The notes: a model not told the origin generated them from the sequence alone. Counted from the first letter of the stretch, positions 29,403 through 38,614 are shown. The stretch: 64,000 nucleotides of DNA from Patescibacteria group bacterium (GCA_016861205.1 BOKX01000001.1:831835-895834); one strand, 5' to 3'. Program-made: numbers and translations.

Positions 29403-29918
29403 ATGAAAAAACTAACTCACTTCCTGACTCGTTCCAGCCTAGTTTTAGCGGTAGTGGTGGCAACATTAAGCTTTGCAACCAAAGCTCAGGCGCAGTTTAC
29501 CAACTTCGCCGAGTGTTTGGCTAATGGTTACTCAGATGTTGAGTGCCAAGATATCATGAGTCGACAGGGTGGCATCACTAATCCAGCCATCGGTCAGCTT
29601 GGTAACGACGCCGCTGGCGCCAGCGATGGCAGCCTGTTTGTTGGCTACTTCATCACTCTTTGGCGAGCCCTCATCGTAGTTGGCGGCCTAGCCGTGGTTT
29701 ACTTCTTTATTTGGGGTGCTCTGCGCTGGATTCTGGCTGGTGGTGACGCTGGCAAAGTTCAAAAAGCTCGTGACCAAATCATCCAGGCTATTATCGGTAT
29801 GATCCTGCTGGTTAGTTCGTTTGTGATTATCGGCTTCGTCAGTCAATTGGTGTTTGGTGAAAACTTTGATATTCTTAACTTGACCCTGCCTCAAGCCGGG
29901 CAAAGCACAACCAATTAA
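29403..29918 (+). CDS. VirB2/TrbC-like pilin family protein (paralog 4)
   Basis: Start at the internal Met MKKLTHFL, which gives a signal peptide. ...FFIWGALRWILAGGDAGKVQKARDQIIQAIIGMILLVSS. Confidence 0.55.
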   Translation: MKKLTHFLTRSSLVLAVVVATLSFATKAQAQFTNFAECLANGYSDVECQDIMSRQGGITNPAIGQLGNDAAGASDGSLFVGYFITLWRALIVVGGLAVVYFFIWGALRWILAGGDAGKVQKARDQIIQAIIGMILLVSSFVIIGFVSQLVFGENFDILNLTLPQAGQSTTN

Positions 29919-29919
29919 T

Positions 29920-30468
29920 ATGAAGATTGCCCAAGCCACCCTCAACTTTTATGAAGAAGCTGTTAACCAGCAACTTCCTGGCGTCACCGCTGCTGATATA
30001 GCAGCTGAGGATCGAGGTTTTGGCGCCTTGGTATCGCGGTTTTTTGGAGTGGCTTTGAGCGCAGCCAGTTTACTCCTGCTTTTCTATCTCGTTTGGGGTG
30101 CCATTGACTGGATGACCTCTGGCGGTGACAAAGGTAAAGTTGAAAAGGCCCGCAACAAGATTACCCAAGCCGTTATCGGACTGCTGGTATTATTGGCGTC
30201 AGTTGCCCTGATTACCTTGCTGCAAGGTTTCTTTAACTTTGAAGTGCTGCGGTTCAGTCAAAACACAACTCCCACAACCAATACTGTCAACTTGCCAGCT
30301 TTCTGTGATAACGATCCCTGTGCTACCGGATACACCTGTGATGAGAGTCGTGACAGATGTGTCCCGAGCTTAAATCAAACCCTACCTCAAACCTGTCGCA
30401 ACAATCCTTGTGGAACAGGCTATCGATGTGTGGAGAACCAAAACGGGTTCTCGTGTGTGCCGAATTAG
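29920..30468 (+). CDS. VirB2/TrbC-like pilin family protein with C-terminal tandem Cys-rich repeats (paralog 5)
   Basis: ...LVWGAIDWMTSGGDKGKVEKARNKITQAVIGLLVLLAS, then two modules: CDNDPCATGYTCDESRDRCVP and CRNNPCGTGYRCVENQNGFSCVPN. Confidence 0.55.
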   Translation: MKIAQATLNFYEEAVNQQLPGVTAADIAAEDRGFGALVSRFFGVALSAASLLLLFYLVWGAIDWMTSGGDKGKVEKARNKITQAVIGLLVLLASVALITLLQGFFNFEVLRFSQNTTPTTNTVNLPAFCDNDPCATGYTCDESRDRCVPSLNQTLPQTCRNNPCGTGYRCVENQNGFSCVPN

Positions 30469-30562
30469 GTAAAAAACTTGTCTAAGCACGCCAGCAGCGG
30501 GGTTTGACTTGAAGAAAACAACAAACTATAATACTATTATTGAGTAAGCAAAAGGAGCAATA

Positions 30563-30967
30563 ATGAAAAAGATTGTCCAAAAAGGTATTTCCGCTCTGGC
30601 TGGCGCCGCCGCCATTGCCCAGGCAGCTGCTGTGACTGTCAGTGCTGCAGCGATCACTGAGATTGATCCGCCCACCGCTTTCGTATCAGACATCGGTGTG
30701 TTGTTCAACAACATCTTAACTTTCGTCTTCATCATCGCCGCACTGCTGGTCTTCTTCTACCTCATCTGGGGTGGTATCGACTGGATCACTTCAGGTGGTG
30801 ACAAAGGTCAAACTGAAAAAGCTCGCAACAAAATCACCGCTGCTATCGTTGGTTTGATCGTGCTCTTGGCCTCATTCGCCATCTTGCAACTGGTGCTCCG
30901 CTTCTTCACTGGCGGCAGTGACCTGAACCAAATCTTGGATCAAAACGTTAACCAACGTTTGAACTAA
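30563..30967 (+). CDS. VirB2/TrbC-like pilin family protein (paralog 6)
   Basis: Signal peptide, ITEIDPPTAF junction, ...LIWGGIDWITSGGDKGQTEKARNKITAAIVGLIVLLAS. Confidence 0.6.
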   Translation: MKKIVQKGISALAGAAAIAQAAAVTVSAAAITEIDPPTAFVSDIGVLFNNILTFVFIIAALLVFFYLIWGGIDWITSGGDKGQTEKARNKITAAIVGLIVLLASFAILQLVLRFFTGGSDLNQILDQNVNQRLN

Positions 30968-30990
30968 GAGTTTACACTTTGAACTTGAAA

Positions 30991-31017
30991 CCCCCGCCAC
31001 TGGCGGGGGTTTTGGTT
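30991..31017 (+). terminator. Rho-independent terminator after pilin paralog 6
   Basis: CCCCCGCC-ACT-GGCGGGGG hairpin followed by a TTTTGGTTT run. Confidence 0.6.
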
Positions 31018-31045
31018 TCTCAGCACTAGGCAGTATAATATCGAC

Positions 31046-31621
31046 ATGCTCACGACACTTAAAACATCATTTGCTGTGTTACTAACTGTCCTTGGCCTGA
31101 GCTTGGCTACACCCGCTCTAGCCAGTGGTGAGTTGGTCGTCCAGCAAAATGGCGACGTGATGTATGTGACTACTGAAATTGATCCCGCCACTGGTGAGCA
31201 AGTCGTCGTCACTCGACCGGCCGATCCAGCTATTTCTGAGATTGATCCACCCACAGCCTTTGCCAGAGACATTGGTACCCTTATCAACAATGTGCTGACC
31301 TTCATTTTTATTGTCTGTTCACTGATGGTCTTTTTCTACCTGATTTGGGGCGGTTTGGACTGGATTACCTCTGGTGGTGATAAAGGCAAAACTGAGAAAG
31401 CCCGCAACAAAATGGTGGCGGCTATCGTTGGCTTAATTATCGTGTTGGCCTCGTATGCCGCGGTGAACTTAATTGTTCGCTTCTTCACTGCCAACTCACT
31501 CAACGAATTGCTGCAACAATTTTCATCAGGACCAGTTGAGGGTGAAACCCGCTTGACACCAGCAGTCACTCCTTCGCCAACTGGCTCACCCAAACCATCA
31601 CCATCAGCAACGTCTACCTAA
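31046..31621 (+). CDS. VirB2/TrbC-like pilin family protein with Pro/Ser/Thr-rich C-terminal tail (paralog 7)
   Basis: ISEIDPPTAF junction, ...LIWGGLDWITSGGDKGKTEKARNKMVAAIVGLIIVLAS. Near-identical core to paralog 6. Confidence 0.6.
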   Translation: MLTTLKTSFAVLLTVLGLSLATPALASGELVVQQNGDVMYVTTEIDPATGEQVVVTRPADPAISEIDPPTAFARDIGTLINNVLTFIFIVCSLMVFFYLIWGGLDWITSGGDKGKTEKARNKMVAAIVGLIIVLASYAAVNLIVRFFTANSLNELLQQFSSGPVEGETRLTPAVTPSPTGSPKPSPSATST

Positions 31622-31656
31622 AAACTTGTGAAGGACTGTCAAACATAAGGTATACT

Positions 31657-32091
31657 ATGCACATGTCACATCGCCGTTGGTTGCCTCGAGTTTTAGTCAT
31701 CCTCAGTTTGTTTGTATGGTTGGTAGCTATGCCTGTCCAGGCTCAAGCCCAGGGCGGCACCTGGTCGGGCGTCTGTGTAGCCAGTGATATCGGCTACGAT
31801 GACGTGGCTACTATTCAAGGTGTACAGTGTTTGATTGCCAACATTTTATCCGTGGCCATTAGCTTGATCGGGATGGCTGGGTTTGTGATGATGTTGATCG
31901 GCAGCTTCCGCTACATTATCTCTGGTGGCAACTCCAAGGGCGCTGATGCTGCTCGCAACACCATCACTTTTGCAGTGGTGGGACTGGCCGTGGCTCTGAG
32001 TGCCTTCATCGTCCTCAATCTGATTGCCGCCTTCACCGGCGTTCAAACAATCAAAGTTTTCCAGATTCCGAACTCATCAACTGGGTTATAA
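31657..32091 (+). CDS. VirB2/TrbC-like pilin family protein (paralog 8)
   Basis: ...MMLIGSFRYIISGGNSKGADAARNTITFAVVGLAVALSAF. Confidence 0.5.
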   Translation: MHMSHRRWLPRVLVILSLFVWLVAMPVQAQAQGGTWSGVCVASDIGYDDVATIQGVQCLIANILSVAISLIGMAGFVMMLIGSFRYIISGGNSKGADAARNTITFAVVGLAVALSAFIVLNLIAAFTGVQTIKVFQIPNSSTGL

Positions 32092-32098
32092 TACCCAC

Positions 32099-35000
32099 AT
32101 GCAGCATTTCCTGCTCAGGTTAGCTCGCGCAATTGGTGGAGTGGCATTTATTTTTGCCCTGAGCGCTCGGCCCGTGTTTGCTCAAGGCGTTCCTAATAAT
32201 GGCTGTGGTTCAACCAATATTACTGAGTACGTGGCCCCCCGCAACCCGGGTGGCTTGATCGGCTCATCTTCCGTTGGTGAAGGATATGAGTACTACGGTA
32301 ACGTTGCTAATCGAGTCGAGTGGGTAAACGGTGACACGTTCAAACAAATTTCCAATGACATTCACTTCTTGTACCGAGTTGGCAGTAGTCACATTAACTT
32401 CCTGCAAGACACTATCTGGAATCCTTTCACCTGTGACGGCAGTCAGCTTGATGCCATGTACCGTGTTTACCAAAATGATAATGGTCGTACTCCCCAACTA
32501 GGTGGCGCAGCAGCTGATGCGGGCAACTGGGGAGCGCGCTTCTTGGCTAACACCATGAGTTGTGGACAAACTGTCAGCAGTACTTCGTACATCCGTGGTT
32601 ACTCCACACCAGCCGATATTGAAACCAATCCTTTGCGCGACATTAGTGCCAATGAGTGTCGCGTCGGCAACTACACACTTACTACTGTTACCAACACATA
32701 CCAGCTGATTTTCCAAGGTGAGGCCACCTGTAATGACAAAAACACCGGGGTCAACGGCGAACCCCTCGAGGTAATTGCGATTACTATCACCGGTGGGGCC
32801 GGCGCCGGCGAAGTCGATGTGTACTGTAAAGGCTACGGTTTGTGTGCTTTTTACCAATCACTTGACTTCAGCGACCCTGATAACAATCCTGCCAACTGGA
32901 CGGCTGAGACCGATGTCTGTCACCTGAAAGGTGGCAAAACGAGAGCACCCTACTACCTGTACCCCATCAATGGCTTAAACAAATCCACCAACTTAGGTTC
33001 AATTTCTGACATTCAACAAAGCCTGGTCAATCAGGGTTATGAGGTGCAGTGCACTACCCCTCAGTTTTACATCAATGCCAAAACCGGCGGTGACCTCGAG
33101 CGCTTTTTCGACCTCGGCGGCTCTACCGTGGTCTCGCTCGATCCCAAACTCATCTACAACTTTGACCAAGCTCGCTACCCGCTGTTCCGCAAGGGCACCG
33201 GCGGCAGCTCCACCAGCAACTCGAGTTCGGGCAGTAGTAACGACACCGGCGGAAAGGGCGTCCTGGAGTCACTAGAAAATTACTTTGGTTTTATCGACAC
33301 CGACACCACTGATGTTGAAAGTGACGAGATGCGGCTGGAACAGGCTATCAAGTCAGCCCCAATTTACAGTTTGTTGAGTCTAGAAGACCAATGTATACAA
33401 AAAATTAAACTGCTAGAAACAATTCAGGTCATGTGTGAAAAGCTGGATGACCCCAGCAAATGTGCTCTGTACAAATCAATTCCCAACACTAACTTTAACA
33501 CTGAGCCCACTGGGTCGGCCTCACTGCTCGGCACCTTTAACGAGCGTGGCTATAGTTGTGCGCAACTCTTTGGCGGCGGTCCTGAGCGACTGCAAGTGAT
33601 TGGAGCGGATGTGATCGCTTTAAAGGAAGCCATCACTAACTTGCCACTCTACCTCGACAAGGCCTATCGTTTAGCTTTCTTGGTGATCACTTCAGAGCTC
33701 TGGCCACAACGCAACCAGCTCGATTTCTTCACTTTTTTGCGCGCCCGCGATAAATCAGGCGAAAAGCACGAGGTCAAAGTTCTGGCTTTCCGAATTCCCG
33801 ACATTGGCACCAACAAGGATTACAACAGCGACATCTTTTATACTGATCCCTTACAGTTGACCCGTGACACCCTCTTAAATAAGGAACTGCAAGATCAAGC
33901 TAAGGAAAAGCTGTTGCTTGAGCGGCAAAGCGACATCGAAGGCCTGGCGGCAGGTGACTACACCTTCTGCGGAGACGGCTGTCCAGTCCTCTGCCAAGAC
34001 CCAGAGTGTTCATCACTCCAAGATCCGTTGGCCATCAGTCTAGCTCGCCTCGTTAACCATGAAGGTAAAGTCTGTAGTGTTGATGCAGATGACCTGAAGG
34101 CAGAGGATGTTTTCACCATCACCGATAAAGTCGGTTTACAACAAACCGATGGTAACGTACTAAAACCCGACCAGTATCGTCAAGTCGCTGACTTGTTCAA
34201 AAGTAACGAGGCAAATGGCGTGGCTTCTAGCCCAAGCCAAGCGCGCTTCAACTTCTTCTCAAACATCCGTATTCAGCGAAATGTAACGGGCAACGGTTCT
34301 CCAGCAGTGCGAGCTTATCTGGTGTATCCGGTCGGAGCCGAGTTGAGTTCTGTTGAAGACACCTTATTGGGGTTAATCATGACTCCTGAACAAGTCACTG
34401 CCTACAAGAGCAACCCTGATCTCTTGAAGTACTTCCCCATGGAAAATACCGAGCCAAAGCTTGATTCCTCCAAACCCCAGGTCGGCTTCCGTGACCCAGC
34501 TTGTATCCCCACCCTTGACGGGAAGGGTTGCCAAAAGAATGTGGAAGCTTACGTCGAAGCTGAACCCAAAGACCAAAACTTTGTACGAGTACTTGGAGGT
34601 GTGCTGGGTTCAACTATTCGCACCTTGCAACAGTCGCTCTATTCGCTCGGAAGTCTGCAGTACAAGTTCATCACCAGCTGCAAAACGACTGAAGACTACC
34701 TCCTCGGTCGCTGTAAACCGGCTGACGATGATACCAATGACCCTTCGTCTCCAGTTGCTCCTACCGAAGGCATGTACTGTATTGACTGGGAAGTTGATGC
34801 CAGTCGAGCTGATGAGATCAAAGCGGCAGCTCGCAATGCCTTGACCACTCAATATCCTTACAATTTTGTCCAACCCGGTAGTCCTGGCCGCAACGGCAAC
34901 CAGTATCAGGATGAGCGCTATCAGGAACTGCTGGGCCAAAATCACGTTCGGTGGGATGGCTCAGTTATTCGGCCCGAAGAAATCAATCGGATGGAAAACT

Positions 35001-35401
35001 TCTATGGCGGTGGCCGAGCTTTGCTGTGGACCGTCAGCGACCAGTGTGAAGGCCAAGTCTGTTTCGACTATATCTTGGACAGGTGTGCCGCCGCGGGCTT
35101 TAACCCTGCCCTGTGTGTGGCCATGAACTTCAGTGAAAGTGGTGGCTCAAACCAAATTCGCTTCGGCGGCAGTTACGACTTCGGGTGTCTCCTAGCCGAG
35201 ACTAACAATGTTCAGTCTGGTCTAAATTGCTTGATCAATCGATTCTTTGTTCATCAGAGCGGCAAGGATTACAATGGCATGTTTGTCCGCTTCGCCGGGT
35301 ATGGACTCGACTCTCCCAGTTACCAAAAAATCCGCCAGTACTACACTGAGTTGACGGCTGGTTTATCAGACCCGGGAATTAGTGACGGGGCGTGCCAGTA
35401 G
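32099..35401 (+). CDS. Large secreted protein (1100 aa), possible cell-wall-active T4SS accessory protein
   Basis: Start at the internal Met, giving signal peptide MQHFLLRLARAIGGVAFIFALSARPVFAQG. Cys-rich. The C-terminal region (CAAAGFNPALCVAMNFSESGGSN) is weakly reminiscent of lysozyme-like/transglycosylase folds; that link is speculative. Confidence 0.5.
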   Translation: MQHFLLRLARAIGGVAFIFALSARPVFAQGVPNNGCGSTNITEYVAPRNPGGLIGSSSVGEGYEYYGNVANRVEWVNGDTFKQISNDIHFLYRVGSSHINFLQDTIWNPFTCDGSQLDAMYRVYQNDNGRTPQLGGAAADAGNWGARFLANTMSCGQTVSSTSYIRGYSTPADIETNPLRDISANECRVGNYTLTTVTNTYQLIFQGEATCNDKNTGVNGEPLEVIAITITGGAGAGEVDVYCKGYGLCAFYQSLDFSDPDNNPANWTAETDVCHLKGGKTRAPYYLYPINGLNKSTNLGSISDIQQSLVNQGYEVQCTTPQFYINAKTGGDLERFFDLGGSTVVSLDPKLIYNFDQARYPLFRKGTGGSSTSNSSSGSSNDTGGKGVLESLENYFGFIDTDTTDVESDEMRLEQAIKSAPIYSLLSLEDQCIQKIKLLETIQVMCEKLDDPSKCALYKSIPNTNFNTEPTGSASLLGTFNERGYSCAQLFGGGPERLQVIGADVIALKEAITNLPLYLDKAYRLAFLVITSELWPQRNQLDFFTFLRARDKSGEKHEVKVLAFRIPDIGTNKDYNSDIFYTDPLQLTRDTLLNKELQDQAKEKLLLERQSDIEGLAAGDYTFCGDGCPVLCQDPECSSLQDPLAISLARLVNHEGKVCSVDADDLKAEDVFTITDKVGLQQTDGNVLKPDQYRQVADLFKSNEANGVASSPSQARFNFFSNIRIQRNVTGNGSPAVRAYLVYPVGAELSSVEDTLLGLIMTPEQVTAYKSNPDLLKYFPMENTEPKLDSSKPQVGFRDPACIPTLDGKGCQKNVEAYVEAEPKDQNFVRVLGGVLGSTIRTLQQSLYSLGSLQYKFITSCKTTEDYLLGRCKPADDDTNDPSSPVAPTEGMYCIDWEVDASRADEIKAAARNALTTQYPYNFVQPGSPGRNGNQYQDERYQELLGQNHVRWDGSVIRPEEINRMENFYGGGRALLWTVSDQCEGQVCFDYILDRCAAAGFNPALCVAMNFSESGGSNQIRFGGSYDFGCLLAETNNVQSGLNCLINRFFVHQSGKDYNGMFVRFAGYGLDSPSYQKIRQYYTELTAGLSDPGISDGACQ

Positions 35402-35501
35402 TTACTTCGATCCTAGCTATTTATTGCTTCTAATCGAAAACCACGCAGCAATTCCAGCCATGACTGCTACCCCGATCATGAGAAAGAGATTTTTCTCCAT
35501 A

Positions 35502-35699
35502 CTAAACATCCTTTGCCAAAAAATAGGTGATTAGTAAAAGGATACCATAAACAGAAAGACCTACGATTACATGAGACCATTCCTCTTGAACCCAAATATT
35601 GTTTAGTACCATCCCACCTAAGAAAATGTTAGCTGAATCCATGAGTTTGCCGGCTAAGTGCTTGCACTGAGACTTCGTGAAGTGTTCCTTTTTTACCAT
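35502..35699 (-). CDS. Small hypothetical membrane protein
   Basis: 65 aa with a C-terminal TM helix. Confidence 0.25.
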   Translation of the reverse strand: MVKKEHFTKSQCKHLAGKLMDSANIFLGGMVLNNIWVQEEWSHVIVGLSVYGILLLITYFLAKDV

Positions 35700-35754
35700 G
35701 GGATCAGTTTAGCTCACCAAGCTTGCGTCAGGCCGTAACTCCCAAAAAATGGTT

Positions 35755-36780
35755 TTACTTCAACTGACTTGGGTGGTAATCTAAACTGCCCGGCTGAGGT
35801 TCCTCAGCGTTTTTGGGTTTCTTTTTGGCAGGTTTGGCTGGTGTCTTGGTGACTTCGCCGCTCGAACTAGAAACTGCAGCGACCTTATTTGGCGTGGTTT
35901 CCTCTGGTAGTTCAGCCTCAGACTCGCCCATAACTTGGTTCTTTTGAGCCATAGCTTTCACAAAGAGATTCGTGTCAGATTTGGCTGAGAGTGACGGTGT
36001 GGGACTGGGTAGATTTTTACTACTGGCAACAGCACTCGCACCTGGCCGACGCATCCGCCTAGCTCCGAATCGCATCAGTCTGGCTACGGTCTCAAACGTC
36101 TCAGCTGTCGTTCCGAGTGATTTAAAGTTTTCCGTTTGATCTTCAATAGCCGCTAATAAATTGGTCGCTACTTCACTACTCAGTTGGATTCCCATGCCGG
36201 TCAACAACTGCGCCATACCTTCACTAATACAGCTACTACCGGCTGTGTTCAGTTTCAGGTTGCCGAAACTAACTTCATAGTTGTGCAGACTGATCAAACT
36301 GGTAGTTTGAAACAACTCTTCATACCCCACATACAGCTGGTCCAAAGACTCCAAATCATTGACTCCCACGGTGATCAACAAGTCTGCTTCAGCTCCGGTG
36401 TACATCATACTAACTTGGTCCATTGGTAAGGGGCGCACGCCTGGCTGAGGTTTAATCACTAAGTGAAAGAACTCCTGACTATCATCAATGTGGTAACTCA
36501 CTTTATCAACTTGGCTGGCTTGGTAAGGAAATGAAATCTGCAGGTCTTTATTGCCTAGCTCGTGCTGGATCTGGTCAGTACCCACCAAGAGTGCCAAGTC
36601 AGCAGCGGGCTGCGAAGGGGCTAGGAGTGTTACATCTTTGCCCTGCTCCCGCCAACTCAGGTATAGGCTGGTAGCGGCCGCAACCTGATCAAATGTTGCT
36701 TTGGACGACAAGAAAACCAAGATGGTTTTGGCCGAAGCAGAAATCTCCCCGAGTTGGGTAATCTGGTCAGGTGTAATCAT
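35755..36780 (-). CDS. Hypothetical protein with Lys/Pro/Ala-rich C-terminal tail
   Basis: 341-aa ORF. The N-terminal layout is faintly DHH-like but lacks catalytic His/Asp motifs. Confidence 0.4.
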   Translation of the reverse strand: MITPDQITQLGEISASAKTILVFLSSKATFDQVAAATSLYLSWREQGKDVTLLAPSQPAADLALLVGTDQIQHELGNKDLQISFPYQASQVDKVSYHIDDSQEFFHLVIKPQPGVRPLPMDQVSMMYTGAEADLLITVGVNDLESLDQLYVGYEELFQTTSLISLHNYEVSFGNLKLNTAGSSCISEGMAQLLTGMGIQLSSEVATNLLAAIEDQTENFKSLGTTAETFETVARLMRFGARRMRRPGASAVASSKNLPSPTPSLSAKSDTNLFVKAMAQKNQVMGESEAELPEETTPNKVAAVSSSSGEVTKTPAKPAKKKPKNAEEPQPGSLDYHPSQLK

Positions 36781-36919
36781 ATGGGCTTTCTAAGAGGCGG
36801 TTTGTCCGCTCTTCGGCAGGTATAGAGAACCATACACCAGCAAGTCTGGCAACTCAAGGCGTATCTGTGATTCCAGTCTCTTCACAAGGCGAGAAGTTTG
36901 GTACAATAGCGGTTGCATC

Positions 36920-38614
36920 ATGAAAAAAATCTCCTCCGGATTGATGCTAGCTTTTGTGTTCCTAATTGCGTTAACTGTGAGCGTGGTGTCATTGGCGAAG
37001 CCAGTGTCTGCCCAAACGCTTGGTCCTGAGTGTGAAACCGATGCCGACTGTGGTCCATCCACCGAAGGCCTGATCATTCGTTGTGAGGCGATTGGTGCCA
37101 GTGGCACCAGAACCTGCGTAGACCGAACACCTCGGAGGGGCAACATCCCGGAGTTGGTCGAGTACGATGAAGGCAAAACTGCTGGTGAGGCCGGTGACGT
37201 TAACCAAGCTTTTAATATAAACCAAACCTTAACTTGGGTCCAAGCCGGAATTATCGACTCAGTGCTGACTGACCCCAACAGTTTGGCCCAGTCCATGACC
37301 AAAGCCATCGCCTACATGTACGGCGATCCCCCAGCCTCTACCGATCGCTACGTGGCCTATGTCCTTGACTCAGCACACATTGTGCCTCAGGCTTACGCCC
37401 AAGGCTTAGGCTTTTCGTCACTCAGTCCTGTTTTAGATGCCTGGCGCACCTTCCGCAACATCGCCTACTTTTTCTTTGTGCTGATTTTCTTGGTGATTGG
37501 CTTCATGATCATGTTCCGATACCGGATTGGTCAGACGGCCATTACCGCCCAACAAGCTATCCCCCGGATTATCATCGCACTGTTAACAGTCACTTTTTCT
37601 TACGCCATCGCCGGACTGCTCGTCGATGTCATGTACCTGGTGATGTTCCTGTTAATTGGCGTGTTCGGCGTCAGTCAAGGCGACTTTTTGACCGTTGGCC
37701 CTGTTGAACTTGGAGCGGCCCTGATTACTGGCGGCGGTGATGCTGGCCGTCAAGCAGCCGAGGAAATCGTAACTGCGCTACTGGGTGGTGGAGTGGTAGC
37801 TGATGCCCTGGGCATCACTAGTGGCTTGATGGCTGGCGTAGTCGTGGCCGTGGCCATTGCCATTGGTATTTTCCGAGTTTTCTTCTCACTGCTGCGCACG
37901 TACGTCAGTTTGATCGTCTCGATCGCCACAGCACCAGTGGTGTTGATGCTGGGTGCTATTCCAGGTCGCAATGTTTTTAAACCTTGGTTCATGGGTATCG
38001 TCGGCAACCTGTCGGCTTTTCCGATTGTGCTGATTTTCTTGATTTTGTTTGACAAACTAACTGGTGGCGTCACCGGTGGCAGCGCTTCAGTTCAACAAGG
38101 TGGCTTCACTCCACCCTACTTATTTGGGGCGAGTGGAGCTGGTATTATTCCCCTGGCGCTCGGCTTGGGTGGCATATTAGTGCTCGAAAAAATTATCGAA
38201 GAAGGCAAAAAAGCCATGGGTGCCAAAGGCGGTCTGTTCGAACAGTACGCCGGCGCGCTCAGCGACTCAGTCAAGAGAGGCTGGAAGGGTGGGGAGCTGG
38301 TACCAGGGCTTGGGTTTACTAACACTGCCAAATACGGCCTTAGTGGCCAAAGTCTTGCTCGGACCGGAGCTGTGGCTGGAGCTGGATTGGCAGCCCTCCC
38401 TGGCGCTGCCCTCAACTACATGGGTACAGCCGTTCGAACACAAGGTTCGAGTGCGGCTTCAGCTGAAGCTGGTCTGGGTAACATCCGTGCTGCCATGCGA
38501 ACTGCTGCTGACGCCACCGGCTCTGGCTTTATGAAGGGTGACCGCGAGAAACGCAAGAAGGTCTCCTGGGTTGATATCGCGCGCAAGCGTCAGGCTTATC
38601 GACAAGAGAAGTAA
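36920..38614 (+). CDS. VirB6/TrbL-like polytopic membrane protein
   Basis: Signal peptide, Cys-rich extracellular N-domain (ECETDADCGPS...RCEAIG), at least 6 TM helices with Gly-rich segments, and a Gly/Ala-rich cytoplasmic tail. This is the architecture of T4SS inner-membrane channel subunits. Confidence 0.5.
   Translation: MKKISSGLMLAFVFLIALTVSVVSLAKPVSAQTLGPECETDADCGPSTEGLIIRCEAIGASGTRTCVDRTPRRGNIPELVEYDEGKTAGEAGDVNQAFNINQTLTWVQAGIIDSVLTDPNSLAQSMTKAIAYMYGDPPASTDRYVAYVLDSAHIVPQAYAQGLGFSSLSPVLDAWRTFRNIAYFFFVLIFLVIGFMIMFRYRIGQTAITAQQAIPRIIIALLTVTFSYAIAGLLVDVMYLVMFLLIGVFGVSQGDFLTVGPVELGAALITGGGDAGRQAAEEIVTALLGGGVVADALGITSGLMAGVVVAVAIAIGIFRVFFSLLRTYVSLIVSIATAPVVLMLGAIPGRNVFKPWFMGIVGNLSAFPIVLIFLILFDKLTGGVTGGSASVQQGGFTPPYLFGASGAGIIPLALGLGGILVLEKIIEEGKKAMGAKGGLFEQYAGALSDSVKRGWKGGELVPGLGFTNTAKYGLSGQSLARTGAVAGAGLAALPGAALNYMGTAVRTQGSSAASAEAGLGNIRAAMRTAADATGSGFMKGDREKRKKVSWVDIARKRQAYRQEK

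Noticed and set aside
36790-37308. 172-aa minus-strand ORF overlapping the 5' end of the VirB6-like gene
   Set aside because: Antisense to a well-supported signal-peptide-bearing gene, with no motifs. Its own start would sit inside the neighbouring gene, so it is probably spurious.
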